Positions 1-8,400 of a stretch of 61,271 bases of DNA are shown one piece after another. The translations under genes and the position numbers were made by a program. Under the pieces are notes generated by a model, which was given only the letters and a program-made list of their open reading frames with translations, made no database searches and had not been told where the DNA came from. The stretch's first letter is position 1. Each line of letters starts with the position of its first letter. The DNA comes from a virus (lineage: Duplodnaviria > Caudoviricetes), in the IMG/VR virus record IMGVR_UViG_3300032083_000576, positions 1-61,271 of that record. One strand, written 5' to 3'.

Positions 1-4
1 AAAT

Positions 5-313
5 ATGGCTCAAACAGTAGCAGAAGTGCTAACAGCAGCAACAGATAGCGTAACGCTTATCAACGACATCAATACGAATGGTAAAAAATCAACGTATGTT
101 GGTGGTTCAGCAGAAGCTGATACAACTTGGACACAAGCCGAGATAAATGAAGTAGTACAGCGTAATGTTGATCATTTAGAAACTATCTTGCTTTACGAAC
201 CTGTTGATTCAGATGATGATACACCTAACGTAGTAGGTTCATCTTCAAGTAAAAAAACTACTTGTAGTGGCGGAGTTACAACTGGTAAAGCTTATATAGC
301 AGCTAATTCATAA
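5..313 (+). CDS. Hypothetical protein, probably tail-fibre associated
   Basis: 102-aa ORF; would follow the tail-fibre gene truncated at the window end if the genome is circularly permuted. Confidence 0.6.
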   Translation: MAQTVAEVLTAATDSVTLINDINTNGKKSTYVGGSAEADTTWTQAEINEVVQRNVDHLETILLYEPVDSDDDTPNVVGSSSSKKTTCSGGVTTGKAYIAANS

Positions 314-552
314 TGACTGAAGAAGTAACAACTGAAACTACAGAACAACCTGTAGACCCACAATTACAACAAAGAATCGCTTATACCGAAACTTTGCAAC
401 AAGAGATACAAAATCTTAGAGAGCAAATGGCTCAACTACAATATCAATTAGATATTAGAGTTACAGCTTTAGTTGGTTATCAAAGTACCTTAGAAGTGAT
501 AGAAGAACCTGTTTTAAATGGAAAAGGAGATAACGTTGATGATGTGGATTAA
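313..552 (+). CDS. Small coiled-coil protein (possible tail-fibre chaperone)
   Basis: Heptad-like LQQEIQNLREQMAQLQYQL; TAATG coupling to previous ORF. Confidence 0.6.
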   Translation: MTEEVTTETTEQPVDPQLQQRIAYTETLQQEIQNLREQMAQLQYQLDIRVTALVGYQSTLEVIEEPVLNGKGDNVDDVD

Positions 553-700
553 TATATTTATGTGGATTACAGCTATTGTAGCCATAGCTTCACTTGTAGC
601 TGCGGTTACACCAACTCCTCAAGGAGATAAATGGTTAACAAAACTCTATAAACTAATAGATTTTTTAGCTTTAAATATAGGCAAAGCTAAAGATAAATAA
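539..700 (+). CDS. Small membrane protein, holin-like
   Basis: AAGGAG at 524-529 favours ATG 539; N-terminal TM helix then TPTPQGD...LALNIGKAK, typical of small phage membrane proteins. Confidence 0.6.
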   Translation: MMWINIFMWITAIVAIASLVAAVTPTPQGDKWLTKLYKLIDFLALNIGKAKDK

Positions 701-876
701 TGCCTAAAAGAACCGTAATGGAAGTAGCCGCACATATAGAAAGACACGAAGCAGTTTGTACAGAACGTTGGCTCGAAACTATTCATCGAATAAAACGTCT
801 TGAGTTATTTGTAATAGCTACCTTAGTTACACTTTTATTAAGTACGGGAGCTATCTTAGCTGATCAATTATTTTAA
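700..876 (+). CDS. 58-aa coiled-coil plus C-terminal TM protein (XhlA/holin-like); not in ORF track
   Basis: MPKRTVMEVAAHIERHEAVCTERW...IKRLELFVIATLVTLLLSTGAILADQLF; TAATG coupling. Confidence 0.6.
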   Translation: MPKRTVMEVAAHIERHEAVCTERWLETIHRIKRLELFVIATLVTLLLSTGAILADQLF

Positions 877-884
877 AATGACTA

Positions 885-2774
885 ATGCCCTTACAAAAAT
901 ACATTTTTCGACCAGGAGTTAACAAAGAAGGAACTGACTATTCTAACGAGGGTGGTTGGTTTAATTCAAACCTTGTTCGATTTCGCAAAGGTCTTCCTGA
1001 AAAAATAGGTGGATGGGCAAAAGCTACTTTAAGTACATATCAATCCACAGTTAGAGCTCTTCATGCTTGGGTAGATTTATCTTTAACAAGATATTTAGGT
1101 TTAGGTGCTACATGGAAGTATTACATAAAAGAAGGAGATAACTTTTATGATATTACTCCTCTTCGAGAAACCACGTCTGCAGGCGATGTTACATTTGCAG
1201 CAACTAACGGCAGTTCAACTATTACAATTACAGACACAAACCACGGCGCAGTAACTGATGATTTTGTTACGTTTAGTGGCGCTGCTAGTTTAGGTGGGAC
1301 TGTAACCGCGACAGTTTTAAATCAAGAATATCAAATACTTTTAGTTACAGGTGTTAGTACTTATACGATTACAGCTAAAGATACTTCTGGCGCAACAGTA
1401 ACAGCTAACGGTAGCGATAGTGGTAACGGCGGAAGTTCTGTCGTAGGGGCATACCAAATTAACGTAGGACTAGATACTTATGTGGAGTCTACAGGGTGGG
1501 GAGCAGGAACTTGGGGAGCAGGAACTTGGGGCTCAGCAACAGCGATTACAGCTTCTAATCAATTACGTCTATGGTCTCATGATAATTTTGGAGAAGACCT
1601 AGTTATGAATGTACGAGCAGGTGGGGTTTTTTATTACGACATAAGTACAGCTACATTAGGAACCACTAGAGCAATACCTTTAACAAGTTTATCAGGAGCA
1701 AATCTAACACCTACGGTAGCATTACAAGTTTTAGTCAGTGACGTGGATAGACACGTTGTTTGTTTTGGCGCTGATCCAATATCAGGAAGCTCGCGATCAG
1801 GGGCAGTAGATCCTTTATTTATAGCTTGGAGCGACCAAGAAAACGTTTCTGAATGGGAGCCTTTACCAACCAATACCGCAGGTTCTTTTAGATTGTCCGC
1901 AGGATCTCAAATTATTGGAGCACTTCGAGCTAGACAAGAAACTTTAATTTGGACAGATACTGCATTGTATTCAATGACTTTTGTGGGTCAACCTTTTACA
2001 TTTGGTGTAAATTTAGTAAATGAAGGGGTTGGGTTAATATCCCCTAATGGAGCAGTTAATACTCCTAAAGGTGTTTATTGGATGGATAAAAAAGGATTTT
2101 ATACGTATTCAGGTTCTGTTCAAGATATTCCCTGTACTGTTCAGGATTATGTTTTTAGTGATTTTAATGAAGGACAAGCTTTTCAATCATTTGCCTTTGT
2201 AAATAAAGAATTCGACGAAGTAGGATGGTTTTATTGTTCCTCAAGTTCTTCGGTTATAGATAAATATGTAGTTTTTAATTATGAAGACGGAGTTTGGACT
2301 ATAGGAGATTTAACCAGAAGCTCTTGGTTAGATGAGGGAATATTTAACACCCCAATGGCTACGTATAGCACGAATGATGTGGGGTATTTATATAACCATG
2401 AAACAGGTAATGACGATGATGGTTCTCCTATGGACAATGTGTTTATAGAATCTAGTGATTTTGATTTAGGGGAAGGAGAAGAGTTTCAATCGATAAAAAG
2501 AATTATTCCTGATATAAAATTCACAGGAAGTGGAGGCACAGGTCAAACCATTAACATGGTAGTTAAAACTAGAAATTTTCCTGCAGAAAGTTTATCAACA
2601 TCTACAACAAGCGCCTGCACCAGTAGTACTTCTAAAATTGATACTAGAATTAGAGCTCGCCAAGCAGTGCTAAGAATCGAATCAGATGACGATAATAGCG
2701 AAGGAGCAAGGTTAGGAGTAGGTTTTAGAATAGGTGCTACAAGAATGGATGTACAACCTAACGGCAGACGTTAA
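885..2774 (+). CDS. Tail nozzle / packaged-DNA stabilisation protein (P22 gp10 / tubular protein B-like)
   Basis: 629 aa, beta-propeller-like; FRPGVNKEGT N-terminus, IAWSDQE, C-terminal RIGATRMDVQPNGRR. Confidence 0.7.
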   Translation: MPLQKYIFRPGVNKEGTDYSNEGGWFNSNLVRFRKGLPEKIGGWAKATLSTYQSTVRALHAWVDLSLTRYLGLGATWKYYIKEGDNFYDITPLRETTSAGDVTFAATNGSSTITITDTNHGAVTDDFVTFSGAASLGGTVTATVLNQEYQILLVTGVSTYTITAKDTSGATVTANGSDSGNGGSSVVGAYQINVGLDTYVESTGWGAGTWGAGTWGSATAITASNQLRLWSHDNFGEDLVMNVRAGGVFYYDISTATLGTTRAIPLTSLSGANLTPTVALQVLVSDVDRHVVCFGADPISGSSRSGAVDPLFIAWSDQENVSEWEPLPTNTAGSFRLSAGSQIIGALRARQETLIWTDTALYSMTFVGQPFTFGVNLVNEGVGLISPNGAVNTPKGVYWMDKKGFYTYSGSVQDIPCTVQDYVFSDFNEGQAFQSFAFVNKEFDEVGWFYCSSSSSVIDKYVVFNYEDGVWTIGDLTRSSWLDEGIFNTPMATYSTNDVGYLYNHETGNDDDGSPMDNVFIESSDFDLGEGEEFQSIKRIIPDIKFTGSGGTGQTINMVVKTRNFPAESLSTSTTSACTSSTSKIDTRIRARQAVLRIESDDDNSEGARLGVGFRIGATRMDVQPNGRR

Positions 2775-3097
2775 TGGCTAAAATATTAGAAACAAAACTT
2801 CCTATAGCTATAGGGGAAATATCCCCAGAAACATTTAATAGACTCGTTAGAGTTTTAGAACTTAGTTTAAACAAAGTCGATATAGGTGCAACACCTACGT
2901 TTAATGAAACACAACGTAATGAAAATAAATTCGAAGACGGGGATTTAATTTGGAATATAGAAACAGAACAATTACAATTATGGAACGGTCTTAAATGGGT
3001 AGATATCTATACAGGAACCGAACAAGGGGTAGAAGGCGTTGCTTTTCTTGGAGAAATTACGGTTTCAACAAACGGAGCGACAACAATATCATTGTGA
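2774..3097 (+). CDS. Hypothetical virion protein
   Basis: Coupled to the nozzle gene; GDLIWN...LQLWNGxxW fibre-like motif. Confidence 0.6.
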   Translation: MAKILETKLPIAIGEISPETFNRLVRVLELSLNKVDIGATPTFNETQRNENKFEDGDLIWNIETEQLQLWNGLKWVDIYTGTEQGVEGVAFLGEITVSTNGATTISL

Positions 3098-3540
3098 TGA
3101 ATAAAGATAAATTAATAGAAGAATTAATCAAAGACGAAGGATATAAATACGAAATATATCTAGACCACCTTGGCTACCCCACATTCGGAGTAGGTCATTT
3201 AATTTTAGAAAAAGATGAAGAATATGGAAAGCCTGTTGGTACTCCTGTTTCAGAAGAAAGAATTAAAGAATGTCTTAGTAATGATATTGAAATAATTTGT
3301 AATGAATTAAATAGAAATATGGAATGGTGGCAGGATCTAAACGATACCAGACAACGTGTGTTGGCTAATATGGCATTTAATTTAGGATTACCTAGATTAA
3401 GTAAGTTTGTTAAATTCTTAAAAGCTGTTCAAGATTCAGATTGGGAAAAAGCTTCAGAAGAAATGATGGACTCTAAATGGGCGACCCAAGTAGGGGATAG
3501 AGCAAAAAGATTAAAAATAAAAATGTTAAAAGGAGTGTAA
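3097..3540 (+). CDS. Endolysin, T4-like lysozyme (GH24)
   Basis: LIKDEG...YLDHLGYPTFGVGH (catalytic E-D-T), NMAFNLG, SKWATQVGDRA; start moved to ATG 3097 (TGATG coupling). Confidence 0.92.
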   Translation: MNKDKLIEELIKDEGYKYEIYLDHLGYPTFGVGHLILEKDEEYGKPVGTPVSEERIKECLSNDIEIICNELNRNMEWWQDLNDTRQRVLANMAFNLGLPRLSKFVKFLKAVQDSDWEKASEEMMDSKWATQVGDRAKRLKIKMLKGV

Positions 3541-3714
3541 ATGAAGGGTGTAACGCATTACAAAAGAGACGGGAGACCCTATAAAGGGGGTACTCATAAA
3601 ATGCCTAACGGAACTTTACATTCAGGGAAATCTCATGGCAAAACAAGTGAGAGATTATATCATTTTAAAGATTTAAGTAAAAAAGCTAAATTAAAAGTAA
3701 AAGGAAAAAAATAA
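3541..3714 (+). CDS. 57-aa basic His/Lys-rich protein; not in ORF track
   Basis: MKGVTHYKRDGRPYKGGTHKMPNGTLHSGKSHGK...; AAGGAG upstream. Confidence 0.75.
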   Translation: MKGVTHYKRDGRPYKGGTHKMPNGTLHSGKSHGKTSERLYHFKDLSKKAKLKVKGKK

Positions 3715-3896
3715 TGCCAAGTAAAAAAACACATAAAACTAAAGACGGCAGAACAGCTAAAAAAGGTCTTTATTACTATATAAATAAAAAGAAAGCAGAA
3801 GGCAGGAAGCCACGTAAAAAAGGAGCTAAAGGTGCTCCGACTGCTGCTGCTTTTAAACGTTCAGCTAAAACAGCTAAAAAACCTAAAAAGAAATAA
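3714..3896 (+). CDS. Small Lys-rich basic protein
   Basis: KKGLYYYINKKK...GAPTAAAFKRSAKTAKK; coupled. Confidence 0.75.
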   Translation: MPSKKTHKTKDGRTAKKGLYYYINKKKAEGRKPRKKGAKGAPTAAAFKRSAKTAKKPKKK

Positions 3897-4195
3897 TGGC
3901 TACTAAGCGCAAAGAAAAGTCTATACGACGCACTACGAAAGGAAAAGGTGCTAATTACCGTAAGACTAAATCTGGCGCGGGAATGACGGCTAAGGGTGTA
4001 AAAGCCTATAGGAAGAAAAATCCTGGATCTAAACTTAAAACAGCTGTTACAGGTAAAGTTAAAAAAGGTAGTAAAGCCGCAAAAAGAAGAAAATCTTATT
4101 GTGCAAGGTCAGCGGGACAAATGAAGAAGTTCCCTAAAGCCGCCAAAAATCCTAATTCTAGGTTGAGACAAGCAAGAAAGAGATGGAAATGTTAA
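3896..4195 (+). CDS. Basic Lys/Arg-rich protein
   Basis: RRKSYCARS...NPNSRLRQARKRWKC, a conserved phage motif. Confidence 0.8.
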   Translation: MATKRKEKSIRRTTKGKGANYRKTKSGAGMTAKGVKAYRKKNPGSKLKTAVTGKVKKGSKAAKRRKSYCARSAGQMKKFPKAAKNPNSRLRQARKRWKC

Positions 4196-4196
4196 T

Positions 4197-4625
4197 ATGT
4201 ATGAATATAGTTGCACAGTTGAAAGAGTGGTTGATGGAGATACTATCGACGTTGTGTTGGATCTTGGGTTTGATATTATGTATAAGTCTCGTGTTAGGTT
4301 ATATGGGATTGATACTCCCGAGTCACGTACTCGTGACCTGGATGAAAAGGCTAGAGGAAAAATGGCTGGGGCTTTCTTAAAAGCTGCTATTGAAAAAGGT
4401 ACTAAAGTTGTTATACAAACTGAAGTAAAAGATTCAAAAGGTAAGTATGGAAGAGTTTTAGGAAACGTTGTGGTTGACGGAGTTAATATAAATAAAAAGA
4501 TGATAGAAAGTCATTTAGCTGTTGCTTATTTTGGACAATCTAAAAACGACGTAGAAGAAGAACATTTAGTTAATAGAAATAAATTAATTGAATTAGGTAA
4601 ATTTAATCCTCAGGAGTTGTTATGA
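4197..4625 (+). CDS. Thermonuclease (SNase-like)
   Basis: RVVDGDTID, RLYGIDTPE, GKYGRVLG. Confidence 0.92.
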   Translation: MYEYSCTVERVVDGDTIDVVLDLGFDIMYKSRVRLYGIDTPESRTRDLDEKARGKMAGAFLKAAIEKGTKVVIQTEVKDSKGKYGRVLGNVVVDGVNINKKMIESHLAVAYFGQSKNDVEEEHLVNRNKLIELGKFNPQELL

Positions 4626-5098
4626 AAATAGGTGGAATATTAAAAAGTGTGGTCGGAGCGGTAGCTCCTACCCTAGGTACTGCACTAGGTGGTCCAATGG
4701 GCGGTATGGCGGCTAAAATGATTTCAGAAGTATTGGGTGTTCCTAATACTCCTAAAGCGATAGATAAAGCAATACAAGAAGCCACTCCCGAACAACTTCT
4801 CGAACTTAAAAAAGCAGAACAAGCATTTGAAATTCAAATGAAAGAGCTTAAAGTAGATGTTTTTAAGTTAGAAACAGCAGATATACAAGATGCAAGAGGT
4901 AAATTTTCTAAAGATTGGACAGCCAGAATCATGGGTATAGTTGTTGTGGGCGGTTTTATGGGCTACATATTTTTAGTCACCATCCAGCCTCCTGAGCAAA
5001 ACTCAGAGGCATTGATAAACCTTGTTCTAGGCTACCTTGGTGGTTTAGCTTCTGCGATTATAAGTTTTTATTTTGGAGCGTCTCAGAAACAAGACTAA
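4622..5098 (+). CDS. Holin-like membrane protein
   Basis: AVAPTLGTALGGPMGG N-terminus, two C-terminal TM helices ending ISFYFGAS. Confidence 0.7.
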   Translation: MKIGGILKSVVGAVAPTLGTALGGPMGGMAAKMISEVLGVPNTPKAIDKAIQEATPEQLLELKKAEQAFEIQMKELKVDVFKLETADIQDARGKFSKDWTARIMGIVVVGGFMGYIFLVTIQPPEQNSEALINLVLGYLGGLASAIISFYFGASQKQD

Positions 5099-5448
5099 TG
5101 GATCAAGCAGTAACATTTATAAACGAAGTTGGTTTTCCTATTGCAGCAGCACTAGGTTTAGGTTTCTTTATATGGAAACTTATCAATAGAATTATTGATG
5201 GTATGGAAACAAAGTTAGATGTACTAGACGAAAAAGTTGCAGTACAAATAGCAGCAATGGAAGAAAGGCTAGGGGGCAAACTAGATTCACAACATGGTAT
5301 TTTAGTAGCTTTGATAGATAGAATAAGATCTCTTGATAATGAAATTATTAGGCAAGATACTATGATCAAAACAATCCTAGGAGTTCCTAATCTTATAGAT
5401 ATAGATAAAATCGCTAAAGCGGATAGAGACGACCAACGTAAAGATTGA
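5098..5448 (+). CDS. Membrane-anchored coiled-coil protein (YvrJ-like N-terminus)
   Basis: INEVGFPIAAALGLGFFIW followed by coiled coil. Confidence 0.6.
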   Translation: MDQAVTFINEVGFPIAAALGLGFFIWKLINRIIDGMETKLDVLDEKVAVQIAAMEERLGGKLDSQHGILVALIDRIRSLDNEIIRQDTMIKTILGVPNLIDIDKIAKADRDDQRKD

Positions 5449-5915
5449 TGAACAAACATGATAATCTTTTTGCAATAATAGGTTTATCTATAGTATTACT
5501 TGTAGTAGTTCTACAACAAGTACAGGCTGATGAAATGGTACATCAGTTTAAAAGTCCTTCTTTTAACGGAGAAGGAACTTCTAGTCATTATTTAACTATA
5601 GAAAACCAAGAAGCTAATCGCAAACAAGCTATAGAAGAAGAAATACAGGCTCTTAAAGACGAAATAGAAAGAGAAGAAAATAACACAGTGGAAGCTAGGT
5701 TTATGCGCAACCTTACTTCACGAATTTATGCAAACATTGCTAGGCAAGTAGAGGCTGCATTGTTTGGAGAAGATACAAACAAAAGTGGATCTATGGAACT
5801 TGATGGAAACACGATAGATTATGAGATTACGGAAGAGGAGGTTAGAGTTACAATCACTGATGAAGACGGCAATACAACAGAAGTTATCGTACCTATTGGT
5901 GGTTTTACTTTCTAG
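5445..5915 (+). CDS. csgF: Curli assembly protein CsgF-like
   Basis: Signal peptide (VQA-DE), mature VHQFKSPSFNG...YLTIENQE resembling CsgF FxNPxFGG; C-terminal VTITDEDGNTTEVIVP; directly upstream of CsgG. Confidence 0.8.
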   Translation: MMNKHDNLFAIIGLSIVLLVVVLQQVQADEMVHQFKSPSFNGEGTSSHYLTIENQEANRKQAIEEEIQALKDEIEREENNTVEARFMRNLTSRIYANIARQVEAALFGEDTNKSGSMELDGNTIDYEITEEEVRVTITDEDGNTTEVIVPIGGFTF

Positions 5916-6660
5916 TTGTGCTTTGATGATTGATCCGCTAGAAAATAATTTACCACCAATCAAGCATATACAACCTGCTTCGATTGAGAAACTATACACT
6001 GCTTTAGCGGATGTCGAAGAGCCTTCTAGGAAACCAGTTATTTCCGTATATGCTAATGATTTTAAAGATCAAACAGGACAACGTAGATCGAATGCTAAAT
6101 ATGCAACTTTTGCTACAGCAATTACACAAGCACCGCATGCATACCTTATACGAGCACTTAAACACTCTGGGTTTTTTGAAGTAGTCGAACGAGTCGCTCT
6201 TGAATCAGTTAGTAAAGAAAGACAACTAATTCGTTCAACTCGAGAAACGTTTGACGAAAAACAAAAACTCTTACCCCTCAAATTTGGCGATATGATTATG
6301 ACAGGTGGAGTGTTATCGTATCAAGCAAATATAAGTTCTGGAGGAGCAGGGGCTAGAAATTTAGGAATAGGTTTTTCTAAACAATATAGAGAAGATATAA
6401 TTACTATTAGTTTACGAACGGTCTCAGTAAGTACGGGCAGAGTCCTTACTGAAGTGTTGGTTACTAAAACTGTTTTATCAGCTTCTTTAGATAGTGATGT
6501 TTTTAGATTTATAAGTCAGGGAACAGAGCTTATAGAGATAGAAGGAGGAAATGTTAGGAACGAGCCGATGAGCGTAGCTTTACAAATAGCTATCGAAACA
6601 GCTGTGTTAGAAACAATTAAAGAGGGTTTAGATAAAAATTATTGGAGGTTAATACAATGA
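5860..6660 (+). CDS. csgG: Curli secretion channel CsgG (lipoprotein)
   Basis: Lipobox LSSC; VYxxxFKDQTGQR, AITQ, FFEVVER, KERQLIRSTR, SGGAGARxLGIG, LRTVSVSTGRVL, NEP. Confidence 0.93.
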   Translation: MKTAIQQKLSYLLVVLLSSCALMIDPLENNLPPIKHIQPASIEKLYTALADVEEPSRKPVISVYANDFKDQTGQRRSNAKYATFATAITQAPHAYLIRALKHSGFFEVVERVALESVSKERQLIRSTRETFDEKQKLLPLKFGDMIMTGGVLSYQANISSGGAGARNLGIGFSKQYREDIITISLRTVSVSTGRVLTEVLVTKTVLSASLDSDVFRFISQGTELIEIEGGNVRNEPMSVALQIAIETAVLETIKEGLDKNYWRLIQ

Positions 6661-7370
6661 AAAAATATCTATTTATACTTATATTTTGTGCACCTATTTA
6701 CGGAGCAGATAACGAAATATTCATTGATCAAAGTTCAGGAGCATCTAATTCTAATATAGATTTAGAACAGTTAGGTTCTGGTAATATTATCGGAGGAGCC
6801 ACTGCAGCAGCAGGTTCTATGACTGATTTAAATTTAGTAGGGACAGCACTTAATTTAGATATAAATCAGATTGGCGATACAAACAAGTTTTTGGGTGATA
6901 TTGTTTCAGATTCATATACAGGGTTTTTTGAGTTTGATGGCAACAGTAATACTTTTAATATGAACACCGATAAAACAGCAACTTACGGAGCAGATTCATC
7001 AAATGTTAATGTAGACGTGACTGGAAACAGTAATACATTTACTTTAAATCAAGCCACTTCTGCCTTAGCCAGTACATTAGACTTGGATTGGATTATCAAT
7101 GGTTCTAGTAACACAATCACATCTTCGATCAATGTGGATGCTGCTACAAACTATGTCAACATAGACGGATCAGATAATGCTTTAACACATACAGCCACTG
7201 GTTATGCGGGTAATTACTTTTACCTAGACCACGACGGGGCTAATAGAACATTTAACATCACACAATCATCAACATTAGATAATGACTGGCTCAAAATACT
7301 TAGTTCTGGTACTAGCACTTCTACTGTCTGCGTCATTCAAAACGACCAAGGCACAGGCACAAGCTGTTGA
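6657..7370 (+). CDS. Secreted curlin-like beta-solenoid protein (CsgA/CsgB-like)
   Basis: GGAGGT SD; signal peptide; repeats ending in GxxN (EQLGSGN, NQIGDTN, FDGNSN, VTGNSN, INGSSN, IDGSDN); downstream of csgFG. Confidence 0.7.
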   Translation: MKKYLFILIFCAPIYGADNEIFIDQSSGASNSNIDLEQLGSGNIIGGATAAAGSMTDLNLVGTALNLDINQIGDTNKFLGDIVSDSYTGFFEFDGNSNTFNMNTDKTATYGADSSNVNVDVTGNSNTFTLNQATSALASTLDLDWIINGSSNTITSSINVDAATNYVNIDGSDNALTHTATGYAGNYFYLDHDGANRTFNITQSSTLDNDWLKILSSGTSTSTVCVIQNDQGTGTSC

Positions 7371-8400
7371 TATAGGAAGTATCAGTGAGCTAAAAGGTAA
7401 TGCTCAGGTTGTACGAGACAAGCCGTATGGCGCAGAACTATCGTTTCCTATCCAGCAAATGGATAATGTCAAAACAGAAACTGGTCGAGTCGCGATTACG
7501 TTTGCTGACGATACGATTGTTCGCGTTATGGATCATAGTAGGTTAGTTATAGATACATATATTTATGATCCTAATCCTAAAAAATCTGAGATGGCTCTTA
7601 GGTTTGCTAGTGGAACAGCAAGATTCGTAACAGGTAAATTTAATAATAAAAAGAATATAAAAATCAGTACTCCTAGTGCTGATGTGTTTGTTAGAGGCAC
7701 AGATTTTACAATTACAACAACTCCAGAAACAGGCGCTTCTTTAGTTATTTTATTGCCCGACGAGTACGGAGAATCTAGTGGGGAGATAGTTGTCGCCACA
7801 GCTATGGGGCAAGTTGTATTAAACCAACCGTATCAAGCTACAACAGCTATGACCTATAATCAAGCCCCTTCTAAACCTGTGACGTTAGATATAAGTTTAG
7901 AGTTTATAGATAACATGTTAATAGTAAACTCTCCTAATGAAAAAGATAATATAGAAGAAGAATCACAAACAGGTACTACAGCAGATTATTTAGATTTTAA
8001 TGATTTAGATGTAGATTTTTTAGCAGAAGATTTTTTAGATAACGAAGCTGATTTAACATTTACAGAACTAGATATAAATTATCTTGACGTAAACTTTCTT
8101 GAAGACTTACTTAATATACTTGATGCTTTAGCCGTAGGAGCTGAAGAAGATCAATTAAATCAAATTGCGACTGGAATAAAAATAACAGGTACACAAATAG
8201 GTCAGGACAAAGTAAGCCAAATAACAACAATTATTACAGGACAACTTATTAGTTTTAGACGAAGCGTAGGAGAAACAGTACGAATAGACCTTGACGGATC
8301 AAGTTCTTATACCTTAGTTTTGTTACAAAATGGTGTAGAAAATATAATAAAAGTTAACGGTGGTTCTTCAAATACTATAAACATAAAACAAGGAAACTGA
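7282..8400 (+). CDS. Secreted FecR-domain protein
   Basis: Signal peptide; IGSISELKGNAQVVR, DNVKT, ITFADDT, GTARFVTG, ISTPSADVFVRGTDF; acidic LDxDxL repeats in C-terminal half. Confidence 0.85.
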   Translation: MTGSKYLVLVLALLLSASFKTTKAQAQAVDIGSISELKGNAQVVRDKPYGAELSFPIQQMDNVKTETGRVAITFADDTIVRVMDHSRLVIDTYIYDPNPKKSEMALRFASGTARFVTGKFNNKKNIKISTPSADVFVRGTDFTITTTPETGASLVILLPDEYGESSGEIVVATAMGQVVLNQPYQATTAMTYNQAPSKPVTLDISLEFIDNMLIVNSPNEKDNIEEESQTGTTADYLDFNDLDVDFLAEDFLDNEADLTFTELDINYLDVNFLEDLLNILDALAVGAEEDQLNQIATGIKITGTQIGQDKVSQITTIITGQLISFRRSVGETVRIDLDGSSSYTLVLLQNGVENIIKVNGGSSNTINIKQGN

